Shown in pieces: positions 10,905-22,301 of a stretch of 61,855 nt of DNA. The stretch's first letter is position 1. Each line of letters opens with the position of its first letter. Under the pieces are notes generated by a model. The model was given only the letters and a program-made list of their open reading frames with translations, was not told the origin of the DNA and did no database searches. Both the position numbers and the translations under genes were made by a program. The stretch comes from Wickerhamiella versatilis (lineage: Eukaryota): NCBI GenBank assembly GCA_030867685.1, contig JAQOWU010000001.1:1054001-1115855 (forward strand). The letters are read 5' to 3'.

Positions 10905-12890
10905 ATGAATGTCGGGAAATTGTTCGGGGAGCTTGAAGCCAGCTTGGATGTAGGGAAGCCTCAGGGTGGCTTCTTTACAAAGGGCGATGCTGTTAAAGGT
11001 ACTTTACACCTGAACGTGGCTAAAAAGGAACAAATCAAGAAGATAGAGATGTGTCTTCGATGCACCGAAGAATCAGTTGTGTTGAGGAAGGAGGATATGG
11101 ACAAGTTATCCAAGGGCACTCCCATAAAGAAGAACTCTTTGCAGTCACGTGCTACGGAGTCGAAAGTTCACTGGGAAAGTGTGCAGGTATTCATTGCAGA
11201 GGGAAAGAGTGATATTATACCGATACACGAGACAAGCAGAGGAGAATATACACATCAGTTTTCTTTTAACATACCAGAAAACCTGGACCTTATTCCGGGT
11301 AGTGCCATTATAAATGTATCCGACGGCCAAGAAATCGGCATTAAGTGGACTATAGAGGCTGTTGTTCACCGCCCAGGTCTTGCACCCAAGCGTAAAATCA
11401 CCACTATAATATCAGTTTTGAACGATGGGCCTGTCCTTCCAAAACACCAAGATAGAGCTTTCTTTACTGGCTCTAGATACGTGAGATCCTATAGACCGGG
11501 CGATTTGTCGGGCATTAGTGGAATACGCAAAATGATCGCGGGAAAAAATCGGGAGAAGGCATTAATGAGCTTCCGAGCTTCCTATCCAGCTACTATTTTA
11601 CCACAGATCCCTTTGAGGTGTCAAATTGGATTAACTTTAACTTCCAGTCATCCCGGACTGATATATTTGGATGACATTCATATTAATCTTATTCAGCACT
11701 GTTCTGCCCAGGCTAAGAATCAGAAGGCTGACTACTTCAAGAAGCATGAAATCGGCTGTATTACAGAGCATCGTATTCTCTATGAAAATTCTGTTGATTT
11801 CACGCCCAAGTTGGAGAAATGGGGTCTCAACGTACCCTTCCCGCCTAATTTTGAGACAAATATGCTGAAATGCTCCTACAAAATAGAGGTTGAAATGAAC
11901 TTCAAGTATCTTAATACCAAGAAAGGAAGGGAAATTGACTCCATTGAAACCCTTTCTTCGACAATTCCTGTGATTCTGGCATCACTTGTGGATTCAGCGA
12001 AAGTATACGAGGACACAAAGGAAAAGGAGCTGGTCGCGGCTCAAGTAATTCCCAAAACGCCTGACATTAGTATGGGACTCGACTTTAGATCTCAAAAAGG
12101 TGAAAATAAACTTTCATCATCAGAGGGTAAATCTACTCATAAAAGAAAACTAGAATTGTCACCTGCTGCACCAGTTGAAGCAGAAATCTCGATCACGCAG
12201 TCAAAAGAAGGCGAAACTGCGCTATTGCCTCAAATTAGTGCCAAAGAGAAAGTTATTTGCGAGGAAGAACTTAATGCTCCTTTGAGCTCCATATTGGAGT
12301 TGTTTGTGAATAATTCGTCTTCGTGGTACGAAAAATTTCTCACAGATGTTGAGCATAATACTGATTTGTCGTGTATCCCGAATTTCCAAAAGAATGATTC
12401 CGGAAGAGAAAATCGAGCCTACGAGTACACAAAGCATATGAATGCGTCCGTTGGGCCTAAGTCGACCAAGTGTATCTGTGTTGATGAGATAGAATCGTTC
12501 GAGCCTGATAAAAGTGTTGTCGTATTAACAACCACGAAGACTCCTGATGTCCCAAATGGGGATATTTTTACAACATTTACAAGACTTTGTGTGGCTCGTA
12601 GGGAGAACAATGGAACTAAAATTCGCATTTCTTCATGGTTAGAGTGGAAAGGGAAATCATGGCTGAAGTCAGCGATAGAAAAGGGTGCCGTAAAAGGTCA
12701 AATGGAACATTCGCTACTTTTCGTAAACCATCTTAAAGAATCAAACGGGGAGAAAGTCGTGGAGTCTCCTCAGCAATTGCGTATTTCAGAAAATGGCAGT
12801 TTCAATATTTATATTATTGCGTGTATCATTTCGGGTTTGGTGCTATTTGTATTATACTTGAATAATTATTGGGCACCATGGGCTAAGTAA
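10905..12890 (+). CDS. Arrestin-fold N-terminal region fused to a VASt/StARkin sterol-transfer-like domain with a C-terminal TM anchor
   Basis: N-term FTKGDAVKGTLHL..I..C.E and GEYTHQFSFNIP (arrestin_N pattern). C-term TPDVPNGDIFTT..RLC..LEWKGKSWLKSAIEKG (Lam/Ysp2 VASt pattern). Hydrophobic tail. Confidence 0.7.
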   Translation: MNVGKLFGELEASLDVGKPQGGFFTKGDAVKGTLHLNVAKKEQIKKIEMCLRCTEESVVLRKEDMDKLSKGTPIKKNSLQSRATESKVHWESVQVFIAEGKSDIIPIHETSRGEYTHQFSFNIPENLDLIPGSAIINVSDGQEIGIKWTIEAVVHRPGLAPKRKITTIISVLNDGPVLPKHQDRAFFTGSRYVRSYRPGDLSGISGIRKMIAGKNREKALMSFRASYPATILPQIPLRCQIGLTLTSSHPGLIYLDDIHINLIQHCSAQAKNQKADYFKKHEIGCITEHRILYENSVDFTPKLEKWGLNVPFPPNFETNMLKCSYKIEVEMNFKYLNTKKGREIDSIETLSSTIPVILASLVDSAKVYEDTKEKELVAAQVIPKTPDISMGLDFRSQKGENKLSSSEGKSTHKRKLELSPAAPVEAEISITQSKEGETALLPQISAKEKVICEEELNAPLSSILELFVNNSSSWYEKFLTDVEHNTDLSCIPNFQKNDSGRENRAYEYTKHMNASVGPKSTKCICVDEIESFEPDKSVVVLTTTKTPDVPNGDIFTTFTRLCVARRENNGTKIRISSWLEWKGKSWLKSAIEKGAVKGQMEHSLLFVNHLKESNGEKVVESPQQLRISENGSFNIYIIACIISGLVLFVLYLNNYWAPWAK

Positions 12891-13333
12891 TACCACACAT
12901 GATATCTACTTAGTAATCGGGTGGTCATTGCTAGAGATCCCAATTTCTTGACGTAAAACGTAGCAGCAGATTTTATATTGAGTAATATTTTATAGCTATA
13001 CAAATACACGGTATTTCGCTGCATAGTGCTTCAGCTGCATACCCTTGATAAAGTTCGACCTACGTCCGGCACCGTACTAGTGACATACCTGATTTCCCCC
13101 ATATAAAATGTCAGGATTCGTTACAATTAGCCCTGCAGGCCACGGTAAAGGAAGAGAAATCGCGCATCTATCCATCAGTAAACGTAATATTTAGTAATTC
13201 CTAGGCAGCAATATATTTCGACCATGAATACCTACTAATCACATTGCCATAACCAGAATTATGGCAATCATTCTCTAAAAAAAATCGTGCTTCACTATAG
13301 AGCTTTTTATGCATTTCGGGTCCCCTTAATGTT

Positions 13334-14284
13334 TCAACAAAGAGGATTCAGCCATCTCTCTACCGGATCTTCAGGCTGAAAAGTCGAAAAGTAGTGTGGA
13401 TCAGACTTCATAATGGCCAAGAGGTCCTCAGCTATATGGGCTCCCTCCCTGGTAGGGTTTACCACTGCCAATACGTTATGATCGGGTACGCACCAGTCTG
13501 GAAGGATTCTAGTAAGCCTGCCAGCTTTAATCTCTTCGGAAACTGTCCATTCAGTGCCTTGGATAATGCCTTGACCTTCTATGGCCCACTTGTACACAAC
13601 ATCGACGTCATTGCAAACAAAACTGGGACAAAACCTTGCCTCGAAACTTTTTCCGCTTTGGCCTTCCAATCGCCAACATGCATTCGCGACATCTCTGCTT
13701 TCCTGAACAACACCACAAGAATGCTTCCATAACTGCTCAGGATGACTAGGATTTTCACATTTCGAAAGATAACTGGGGGAAGCGCAAAGAAATCTGTGAT
13801 TGGGGCCAAGGTTAACCTGCTTTTTGTCGGTCCTGCGAGCCTCTCCGAGATAGATTATCAAGTCCCAGTCGGGTTTTGAGAGATGTTCACATGGATTTTC
13901 AAGAAGCACGAGTTGTATTTTAAGACTAGGCCTCATTTTTCTCAAAGATATAACCTTTTTAGCCACGAAATTTTGTCCAAATCCCAGTGGTGCCAGAATT
14001 CGCAATGTTTCGTCTCCTCCACCACGAACACTATTGAGCTCGCAAGTAATACCTGCGATCATAGCTAGCACAGCAGCTCCTCGCGAGGCTAAAAGTACCC
14101 CTGCTTCAGTGAGAGTGTATCCTGTCTGACGTCGCTTAACTAATTGCAACTGTAGCTTGCGCTCCAATTGTGTTAGTCTCTGGGAAACTGCGGGGGCTGA
14201 TACATGCAGAGCATGAGACACTTCTACAAATGTCTCTTGCAGGGCCACAGCCTGGAAGAATTTCATGTCGGAAGAATCCAGCAT
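13334..14284 (-). CDS. Bacterial-type LysR-family transcriptional regulator (CrgA-like)
   Basis: HTH F..VS.ALHVSAPAVSQRLTQLERKL..QLV.R....TLTEAG. Substrate-binding domain motifs PLGFG, CASPSYL, ND...WA.EGQGI, AGRL.RILPDW. ATG at 14284 (the ORF track starts at GTG 14329). Confidence 0.9.
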   Translation of the reverse strand: MLDSSDMKFFQAVALQETFVEVSHALHVSAPAVSQRLTQLERKLQLQLVKRRQTGYTLTEAGVLLASRGAAVLAMIAGITCELNSVRGGGDETLRILAPLGFGQNFVAKKVISLRKMRPSLKIQLVLLENPCEHLSKPDWDLIIYLGEARRTDKKQVNLGPNHRFLCASPSYLSKCENPSHPEQLWKHSCGVVQESRDVANACWRLEGQSGKSFEARFCPSFVCNDVDVVYKWAIEGQGIIQGTEWTVSEEIKAGRLTRILPDWCVPDHNVLAVVNPTREGAHIAEDLLAIMKSDPHYFSTFQPEDPVERWLNPLC

Positions 14285-15350
14285 TCTCAACAAGAAATAC
14301 ACGAAAAGCAGTTTGTTACTAATACTCACCGGGAGACCTTTTAGCTCCCAAAGGGATGGTTCTAGATAACGTCAGTCCCAATTGAAACCCACTGATTGCG
14401 CCACAAAAACTTAGTTATTCAAGCATACCATACATAATTGTTACTATCCTCAACATATTACTTGCAAGCTCGACCTACTTTGCATTGTTTTAGTATCACC
14501 ATATGGAACACAAAGGTCTCTTGGTCTCCAGCTACGTGTTGCTTGTCACATCAATACGTATTTATTCGCCATCATCGATTTTATTGCTTTTCTGAGATTT
14601 TATATGTAGCCTTGCGGACTCTCTGCGTTATATAAGCTTTAAATTGTCGATGTGGTCCAGTGCTTCGTCAACAAGTAGCTGATATAATTGGCTAAATATA
14701 GGCTTACTGGGCTACTGAAAGATTGATATCACTCTTATAGATATAACTGCAAACATTAGGATGACAATTATTAATGTATTCAAGTTTCTCTATTTCAAAA
14801 GGGTGTCCTGCACAAATTATCCACTGTAGCAAGTTCCACAATAATAAGATCAATATCTATCTTGCTATTTCTGTTTAAGTGGATGCATAGTTCATGCTAC
14901 GGGCTATCCTGCCTTTCTATGTCTTCTCAAATTATCTCTTGTCATCAGGGTCAGGGCTAGACAAACACTATGTGAGCAAACGCTTAACTTGCAGTTAATA
15001 TTAATAATATGCAGAAAGTTTTGCCACGATCTAGGTTTCCAGGCGACCAATGGACGGAACTGTAAATAAGTATTTACATAAAAAATTCAACTTAAAGAGG
15101 TATGCCAAGGACAGAGCCGAGACTATTTATTATGCTTCACTGATGAACCAGCAACGATTTGCCTTAACAACAAATATTTATGTGCTATGAATATAACAGG
15201 TTTGTTTTATTTATATCTACTCTTATCTCAAGTTTTCTCTGGAAGCAGTGGCAAAATGTTGGAGAACTCCGATGTTATATAATCTCGCAAGTTTTCCCTC
15301 ATGGTATATAAGCCGCAGCATGACGCACCACTCTCCACAGATTGCAAAAG

Positions 15351-15974
15351 ATGAAAATCACGAATCAAAGAGAGGTTGAAGAATATTCTAAGGCCTTAAT
15401 GTATGGCGGATTGAAAGGTGTAGCGATTGGTGCAGTGGGATCGCTGGGTGCTTTTTTTTATCTAAGGCGACGTCTCGGTAGCGCACTGACTGGAGCAAAG
15501 AGTAGTGGTCTTGTTAAAAACCTTATTTACATCTCTCCTCCAGTGTTTGCGGGTATTACATACGCTGAAGTTGAATCACGAAAGTTTGAAGCTCGTCAGC
15601 GCGAAAAGCAATACAGCATGGATCCGGTTCAGGAGAAAAGTGGCGATCCTGCAACAGAATCATGGGATCGCATTGTGAACTTCTTTGGAGAACACAAGTA
15701 TAAATTTGTTGTGGGTGGATGGGCTGCCTCTATGGCTGGATCATTTTACTTGGTGAATCGTAATAAATACATGACAAAGGCTCAGAAGGTTGTTCAAGCT
15801 CGTGTTTATGCCCAGGGTCTCACAGTAGCACTGCTACTAGCTACCGTTTTGTTATCTGTCGAGCCAAAGAAAAGTAAAGAAGAACAGATTGCGTCTGCAA
15901 AAGAAGAGGCAGCTAAAAGTTGGGAACGAGATATTCAGTACGTAGAACAAAGCAATCATAGCATGGGATCATAG
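15351..15974 (+). CDS. RCF2: Respiratory supercomplex factor 2 (HIG1-domain protein)
   Basis: HKYKFVVGGWAASM..S and MTKAQKVVQARVYAQGLTV HIG1 signature. TATATAA just upstream. Confidence 0.9.
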   Translation: MKITNQREVEEYSKALMYGGLKGVAIGAVGSLGAFFYLRRRLGSALTGAKSSGLVKNLIYISPPVFAGITYAEVESRKFEARQREKQYSMDPVQEKSGDPATESWDRIVNFFGEHKYKFVVGGWAASMAGSFYLVNRNKYMTKAQKVVQARVYAQGLTVALLLATVLLSVEPKKSKEEQIASAKEEAAKSWERDIQYVEQSNHSMGS

Positions 15975-16439
15975 AAAGGGAAGCTCTTTAACAGGCTCTC
16001 TTTTCAATCCTGAAAGCTATGACTTGATTTTCCGTTCTGCTTGTGCGAGGAAGCTTGTGCAAATGAGGTGGCCCACTTATGGTAAAGCCCGTTTGAAACC
16101 TATAATGTATGGATTGATTTGCTTGTAATTGTAGACAATCATAGGACGTATTGGCATTAATTTGATGAAATTACAGGTCTAAGAGACATATAAGCTAGAT
16201 AGCTACTTAAGTTTATAATGAGATCTTGACCAAGGAGGTATGTGATATGAGGGGACAAGATGGCTCGGTGCAAGTGCACCCTCCTGTCGATCTTCGCAGT
16301 GAAGTTATTTAGTCCGAAATATATATTGCTAACTGGAGATCTACATATTATAAAGATAGGATGACATCTCAAGATAGTTGAATACCAAGACAATATAATC
16401 CTAGTCAATGAAATTATTCAAGTGCTTGTCTCATCGAGT

Positions 16440-17510
16440 CTACAATTTGATATCATCACGGGTCCAACCAACAGGATGTTCTATTTGTCCTTCCAGTGTT
16501 TTCGTGGGCCTAGGTATTGACTTAGGAAGCCGCGAGTAGTCCAAAACATATGGATTAGGATCCACTTTTTGCAAGAGGTTTCCAAAAGTATGATTTACTT
16601 CTCGATGTTTGCTCTCATCTGCTCGCACATAGTAAATGAGATCCTTAACAGTGGCATTGTCTGGCATACCCCAATATTTCTTAGCAATGTCAGGGGCAGG
16701 TGTGTTAGCAAAATCAGTAATCTTGCCTTTTTCCATGTCCTCAATGCACCTAGTGTAAGTGACAACTGCTTCTTCTTCTAGGTACCCCACAAATCTGTGG
16801 CAGACTCGTGGCCATATGAGATAACACACAAAGAACATATTGAAAAAAACACCTTGGGCTCCAAGAACCATGAGACGCATCAACATACCTGGATCCTTTA
16901 GCTTGATAAATGTGAGGAGATGCATTCGCTCATTATAGGCTTCCTCCAGCAGGCTTTCAATCCAGGCCCGATCTCGCTTAAAAAGCCTTAGGCTTTGAAG
17001 ATGTCTTACCATTCCACCCACCATACCTGGAACGCCCGCCACACTTTCTAGAAATACGAATCTTGTAAGCCATTGGTTTCTGTCCATGTTGTATTTCGGG
17101 TCGAATTCATGAGCTTGGTCAGGAGGCGGATGCTTATACCCAGTGAACAAATCAAAAGTCGCTCTTATAAATTGAAGCGTTCGCCAAGCAACTCTATCTG
17201 ACATTTTCTTCGGTTGTAGATGAGATACTTGAACTTGGTGCATTTGTTCCACATCAAAACCTGGATGCTTCCATCCGCTCGATAGATGATACTCATCAGC
17301 TTTGAACAAATCCCTCGCAGATGAGCGTGGCAAATCTATTTGTGACAACTCCCTTGGATGCTCGTTCTCTCCTGTGTTGGGAGACTGAACTGGTTTACTT
17401 GGGCTCATGGTGCTGGCCGCATAGCGAGCTGGATATGTTGAAAAGTGTGATGCTGAGGCCAACGGGAGGCAAGGATTAACAACGCGGAGATTACTGGTGA
17501 ATAGTTTCAT
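16440..17510 (-). CDS. AOX1: Mitochondrial alternative oxidase
   Basis: FLESVAGVPGM, EAYNERMHL, GYLEEEA, RADESKH di-iron motifs and an N-terminal presequence. ATG at 17510. Confidence 0.97.
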   Translation of the reverse strand: MKLFTSNLRVVNPCLPLASASHFSTYPARYAASTMSPSKPVQSPNTGENEHPRELSQIDLPRSSARDLFKADEYHLSSGWKHPGFDVEQMHQVQVSHLQPKKMSDRVAWRTLQFIRATFDLFTGYKHPPPDQAHEFDPKYNMDRNQWLTRFVFLESVAGVPGMVGGMVRHLQSLRLFKRDRAWIESLLEEAYNERMHLLTFIKLKDPGMLMRLMVLGAQGVFFNMFFVCYLIWPRVCHRFVGYLEEEAVVTYTRCIEDMEKGKITDFANTPAPDIAKKYWGMPDNATVKDLIYYVRADESKHREVNHTFGNLLQKVDPNPYVLDYSRLPKSIPRPTKTLEGQIEHPVGWTRDDIKL

Positions 17511-19004
17511 GCGGTTCAAATTACGGGAAGCGGCCTCTATTATAGCTGTAACTCACAAATTTTATTTGTCATACTATTTCGGGGGGGTGATACAAATGGG
17601 CGCGAATAACGAGCTCTTACACGGCAATCTCACTCGGAGTTCTTTCAAGAAGTGTATTTAAGTGTCGAGAACACCATATCAGTACCTATTGCCCCTTGGC
17701 AGCCAGGTAAACTTACTGTCGGAGATAGGGTACGGTAACCCCCAAGCCTTAATGCAATGAAAAGGTGCAGCATATTGACGTATGCACCGAGGTGGGCCAT
17801 CTTGCATTATCGGATGATTTCTCACCTATATGATGAAAATAGCACGTTAGTACTTGAACACCCTTTAGGTAGCAACGCCTTTATCCTTTTTACACTATAG
17901 AACGCGATTCATCTTGGTGGCAAAAAACTGGCCCTTAATCTAGCTGACAAATAAATCTCTCGTTTTATGCTCAATGCATTAATGTCATATGAGAAATTCT
18001 ACCAGAGCAACCGCACGTTGGCTATGACTTATATGAGACGCCCTCGGGTAGGAATATAGGAATATCCACGTGTAGCGATATTAAAGCTACGCTTTAGATT
18101 ATACTCATACATATACTTATGTTAGAACTTGACCCAACCCTAAAAACCTATATTTACTATCTTCTCTCCAGGAAAGTCGGCGGTATTTTGCGCTATAATA
18201 CCCTCTTATCTTGACACACTATTAGTATGTAGCGTCCACACTATCCAAATTTGTTATATTTGAGGGTCTGCGGTACTATTTTCGAAGAGTAGTACCCAAC
18301 GCACTTGTTAGCTACAAACTATCAACATCTAACAGTTAATCCCCAGTCTCCCTTCCTGATAAAAGACCACATTAGCAACATATTTCACTCTAGTCGAGGA
18401 GTTCCATTTCTACTATTGCTTTTATCACAGTTTGCATTGTCCTACTACAACCCCTTCCAATCAGGCATACTGCAAAGTTCTCATGAAAATTCGTTCGACT
18501 GCTTACCACTCTTACCAGTTATCTGATTTCAATCAGTATCTCACTGAGGGTTGCCTCCTCAACCGATATTTTTTCCCTGCTGTTACGATACTACGACCCC
18601 ACATAGCAGGGTAAGGTAAACTAAACGTGATGCGCGCCCGCAGTTCATGTCTGCTTAATATTATTAAATATCCGACGATAAGTCAGCACCAATGAGTCAA
18701 ATGCGAATGCCGCGATAGGGCAATTTACGCGATTGTCAGCAAAGAAAAAAGGAAAAATTAAGACAGGCCAATCCAAGAAGTACTTTTAATCTTGGATTGT
18801 GGAGATATTGACACCGAATACAGATGTTATGATACTGTGTGAAATTGCTTTCAGAAAGTATCTGACACTGGCATCAGGGTTGCCTGTATGTCCATATACA
18901 CTATAGTTATATTATATTATGTTATTATGTTATTTTATGTCATTTCATGTTATGTTTGATTCGTATTCCCAGCTACGAGCCACGGTGCTATAGCTAAGAT
19001 GATA

Positions 19005-22000
19005 TCAGCCTTCTTTCCTGCTGTCAGTGTCCTTGTTGAAAACACTTGAAGCATAAGATATGCTAGTGTAAGTTCGGAAAGGATGATGTGCAACTTCAGC
19101 GGTTCCGGACTCTTCGTCACCACTGGTGGTGCTTCCATACTTCCTACGAATATATACTCGCTTTGCCCACTTCCATAATTCTGACCCAATCAAATAAACC
19201 AGCGAAAATCCGACAGCCACGCCCCATTCATAGCCAATCCCCTTATGCTGGAATACTTTGTCGTTAATAACTGGAATATACACCAGAGGGAATACTGTGA
19301 TGAACCCACCTAATAGCGACCAGAAGAGGAATTTGTTTGACCACAGTTGGTGCCAAGTTTGCACATACCATCGGTCTCCACTGTGTGGACGCGGGAAGAA
19401 TATAGAATTGCGTAGATGTACACATTCCCAGGCGAGTATCAGCGCTGTCCAAGTCATAGTGACAAATGCTGCAGCTCTTGCCTCAAGAACTAAATCACAA
19501 CCCACTAGATTTGAAGAAAGACTCTCGTTGCAGTTTTCACCGAGCTGACCATCGCCTCTACCGTGCCAGACTACTGTAAAAGATGCCATACAGCAACTTG
19601 CCATCCAAAGACCATAGACAAACATATCAAGGAGTAGCTCTGGCGTGAATATGGAATTGCTCGGTGGTAGGTCAAGAATATCCTCCTGGGCTGCTTCTTG
19701 GCCTAGCCCCATGGCTGGAAAGCAGGAGGTGACAACGAGAACCCAGAGAACTTCAACAGGGGAGAGAGGAAATACGGAAAACCACTCGTTGTCTTTAAAC
19801 GCTAAACCAGCCGTCAAATAGATGCCCTCAGCGATGTTTTCAGCTAGCAGTTGAAGCACAAATTTTTGAATATTTGCGGCAATTCTGCGACCCTCTCGAA
19901 TGGCCGCCAAAATTGAGGCAAAGTTATCATCCGTCAGAACGATGTCTGAAGCATCCTTTGCAACATCCGAGCCATTTTGGCCCATCGCAATGCCCACATC
20001 GGCTATTTTGAGAGAAGGACTATCATTTACACCATCACCAGTCATGGCACATAGCATCTTGCGGCGATGAAGGGCTTCAATCATTCTCACTTTTGTCTGT
20101 GGTGCACAGCGGGCTATAACCAAGGGCAGGACTGGCAGGCGATCTATCTGTTCATCAGTAAGTTCATCAAACTGCATCGCAGTCATAACCATAGCGTCGG
20201 CAACTTCTTTACTAAAAGCTTCCATATGTTTAGGAAGGATCCCAACCTCCTTTGCGATTGCCGCTGCGGTGGATGGATGATCACCTGTTACCATGTGTAC
20301 ACTAACCCCCGCATTGTGGCAGAGTCGTACGGATTCTGCTGTTTCCAAACGCGGTGGATCATAGATGCCAACAAGACCCAGGAAAATCAAATTGCTTTCA
20401 ACGGCTTCGCGGTCGTCAGAATCTTCGTTGTCCTCGTCAAAAGGCCGGCAGGTTAGAGCCAAGACTCTCAGTCCTGACGAGGAAAGTGCATCGACATTTT
20501 TCTCGATCATAGCTATATCATCCTCGGTGAGATCGCATAAAGCTTCCTCTGAGCCTTTAACTTCATTCTCGCCTTTCCATTTAGTACATAGTCTCAGGAC
20601 ACGTTCCACGGCACCTTTTGCGTATACCTTCACGGGAACATTTTCGTCCTCACCAAGCCTCCAGATAGATGACATCCTTTTAATTGAGGAGTCAAATGGA
20701 TGCTCCTTAAGATGCTCATAATTTCTTTCGTTGACAATATTTTCGCGCTGGAAACCTAGCCGCGAACAAAACACTTCGATCGCTATTTCGGTGGCATCTC
20801 CATTAGCCTTCCACACCAAATCGCCACTTTCGCCGTCTGCTGGCTGCTGACTGACATTTGCAACATTGGCCAGCGTGCCACAATGAAGCCACTCGACAAG
20901 GTGGGGATGAAACTCTGCTTCATTCTTTCGATCGATATCGCTAAACGAACTGGAACCAGGATTACCCTTGAGCTCCAGTGGCGAGCTTGAGGAAACCCGT
21001 AAACTTCCAATATCTGGGTGATATGGATCGTTAGAGTCATCCATGCGATACGTCCCCGCGCCCGGAACCCATATAGTCCTTACAACCATCTTTCCCTGGG
21101 TGAGAGTTCCGGTTTTGTCTGAACAAATATCATTAATTCCCCCAAGCGCTTCTAACGAATTAAACTTGCGGACGATTACGTTGTTGGCGATCATTGCCTC
21201 AGCCCCAATGGCCATGGTTATTGTCAACGTAACCACTAGTGCAGCAGGAATCAGAGATACCGCAACGCATACGGCATAAATACCGATCTCTTTCGTTACA
21301 TCCATCTTCTGGGCCGCCATGACGATTATGGCAAAAACCACAGCAATCCAGAACAGGATCACTGCCAGCCAGGATAACTTGCGCTGAAGTGGTGTGCCTA
21401 CGTTAGTCCCGAGGAAGTATCCGATCATGTTTTTACAGGTCAGTCCACATGATCGTGAATAATCTTTGAAATGTCGCGTCCCATCCTCACGTTTCTCAAC
21501 TGGAACAATTATTCCACCCTGATTCCGTAGTGTTTTGGCAATACTCCCTATTTCTGTGTCCAACCCAATGGCCGTTACGATCCCTATGCCTCGTCCTTTT
21601 GCGATTAGGGAGGATGAGTACAATAAATTGAGACGATCACCCACGGGTATAGGGATTGATGTATCTTCGTATATTTCATGTGGATCCTTTGCGATGGGTA
21701 AAGACTCTCCAGTGAGGAGTGCCTCGTCCGCCTCAAGATTAGTAGCCTCAATCAGTCTCATGTCCGCTGGCACTGAGTCACCTGATGTGACATGTACGAT
21801 GTCACCGGGCACCAGTATGGATGCCTCCACGGTCTTCAGCTCTCCATCCCGCAATACCCGGGCCGAAGGGGTGCTGAGCATGCGCAGAGCGCCCATAGTT
21901 CGTTCCGCCTTAACCTCCTGGATGAAGCCTATACCGACATTCATAAAAACTACAAAGCCGATTACTCCTCCAGAAATCCAGTCTTTAATAGCTAAAGCAA

Positions 22001-22301
22001 TAATCATAGATGCAAATAAAACTATAACCATGGCGTTGAAAAACTGATGAACTAGAATGCCCAAGTAATTCACTCGTTGGTCGTCACCCAGGGCGTTTTT
22101 ACCATATTTCGTGCTACGCTCCGCAGCCTGGGTGGAGTTGAGCCCAACGTCCAGATTTACTTCCAATTTATTTGCACAATCGTCCACGCTCAGCCGATAC
22201 GGCTCGAACGCTGAAGCAGCGACGTCGTTTTTCTGAACACTATTACCCTGATCACTTAATGTATTTGCCTGTTGCAATGCTGGATTATTAGGTGAGGGCA
22301 T
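19005..22301 (-). CDS. ENA1: P2D-type Na+/K+ efflux ATPase
   Basis: LTGES, CSDKTGTLTQGKM, KGAVE, TGDH, TGDGVND, LLAENIAE; fungal ENA features. Confidence 0.95.
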   Translation of the reverse strand: MPSPNNPALQQANTLSDQGNSVQKNDVAASAFEPYRLSVDDCANKLEVNLDVGLNSTQAAERSTKYGKNALGDDQRVNYLGILVHQFFNAMVIVLFASMIIALAIKDWISGGVIGFVVFMNVGIGFIQEVKAERTMGALRMLSTPSARVLRDGELKTVEASILVPGDIVHVTSGDSVPADMRLIEATNLEADEALLTGESLPIAKDPHEIYEDTSIPIPVGDRLNLLYSSSLIAKGRGIGIVTAIGLDTEIGSIAKTLRNQGGIIVPVEKREDGTRHFKDYSRSCGLTCKNMIGYFLGTNVGTPLQRKLSWLAVILFWIAVVFAIIVMAAQKMDVTKEIGIYAVCVAVSLIPAALVVTLTITMAIGAEAMIANNVIVRKFNSLEALGGINDICSDKTGTLTQGKMVVRTIWVPGAGTYRMDDSNDPYHPDIGSLRVSSSSPLELKGNPGSSSFSDIDRKNEAEFHPHLVEWLHCGTLANVANVSQQPADGESGDLVWKANGDATEIAIEVFCSRLGFQRENIVNERNYEHLKEHPFDSSIKRMSSIWRLGEDENVPVKVYAKGAVERVLRLCTKWKGENEVKGSEEALCDLTEDDIAMIEKNVDALSSSGLRVLALTCRPFDEDNEDSDDREAVESNLIFLGLVGIYDPPRLETAESVRLCHNAGVSVHMVTGDHPSTAAAIAKEVGILPKHMEAFSKEVADAMVMTAMQFDELTDEQIDRLPVLPLVIARCAPQTKVRMIEALHRRKMLCAMTGDGVNDSPSLKIADVGIAMGQNGSDVAKDASDIVLTDDNFASILAAIREGRRIAANIQKFVLQLLAENIAEGIYLTAGLAFKDNEWFSVFPLSPVEVLWVLVVTSCFPAMGLGQEAAQEDILDLPPSNSIFTPELLLDMFVYGLWMASCCMASFTVVWHGRGDGQLGENCNESLSSNLVGCDLVLEARAAAFVTMTWTALILAWECVHLRNSIFFPRPHSGDRWYVQTWHQLWSNKFLFWSLLGGFITVFPLVYIPVINDKVFQHKGIGYEWGVAVGFSLVYLIGSELWKWAKRVYIRRKYGSTTSGDEESGTAEVAHHPFRTYTSISYASSVFNKDTDSRKEG

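Noticed and set aside
13243-13268. 10-bp inverted repeat ATTGCCATAA-N6-TTATGGCAAT downstream of LysR as a relic bacterial terminator
   Set aside because: The stem is AT-rich with no U-tract; a single occurrence is compatible with chance
19258-22047. Numerous 60-170 aa ORFs antisense to or overlapping ENA and other long genes
   Set aside because: These are shadow ORFs of real coding sequences
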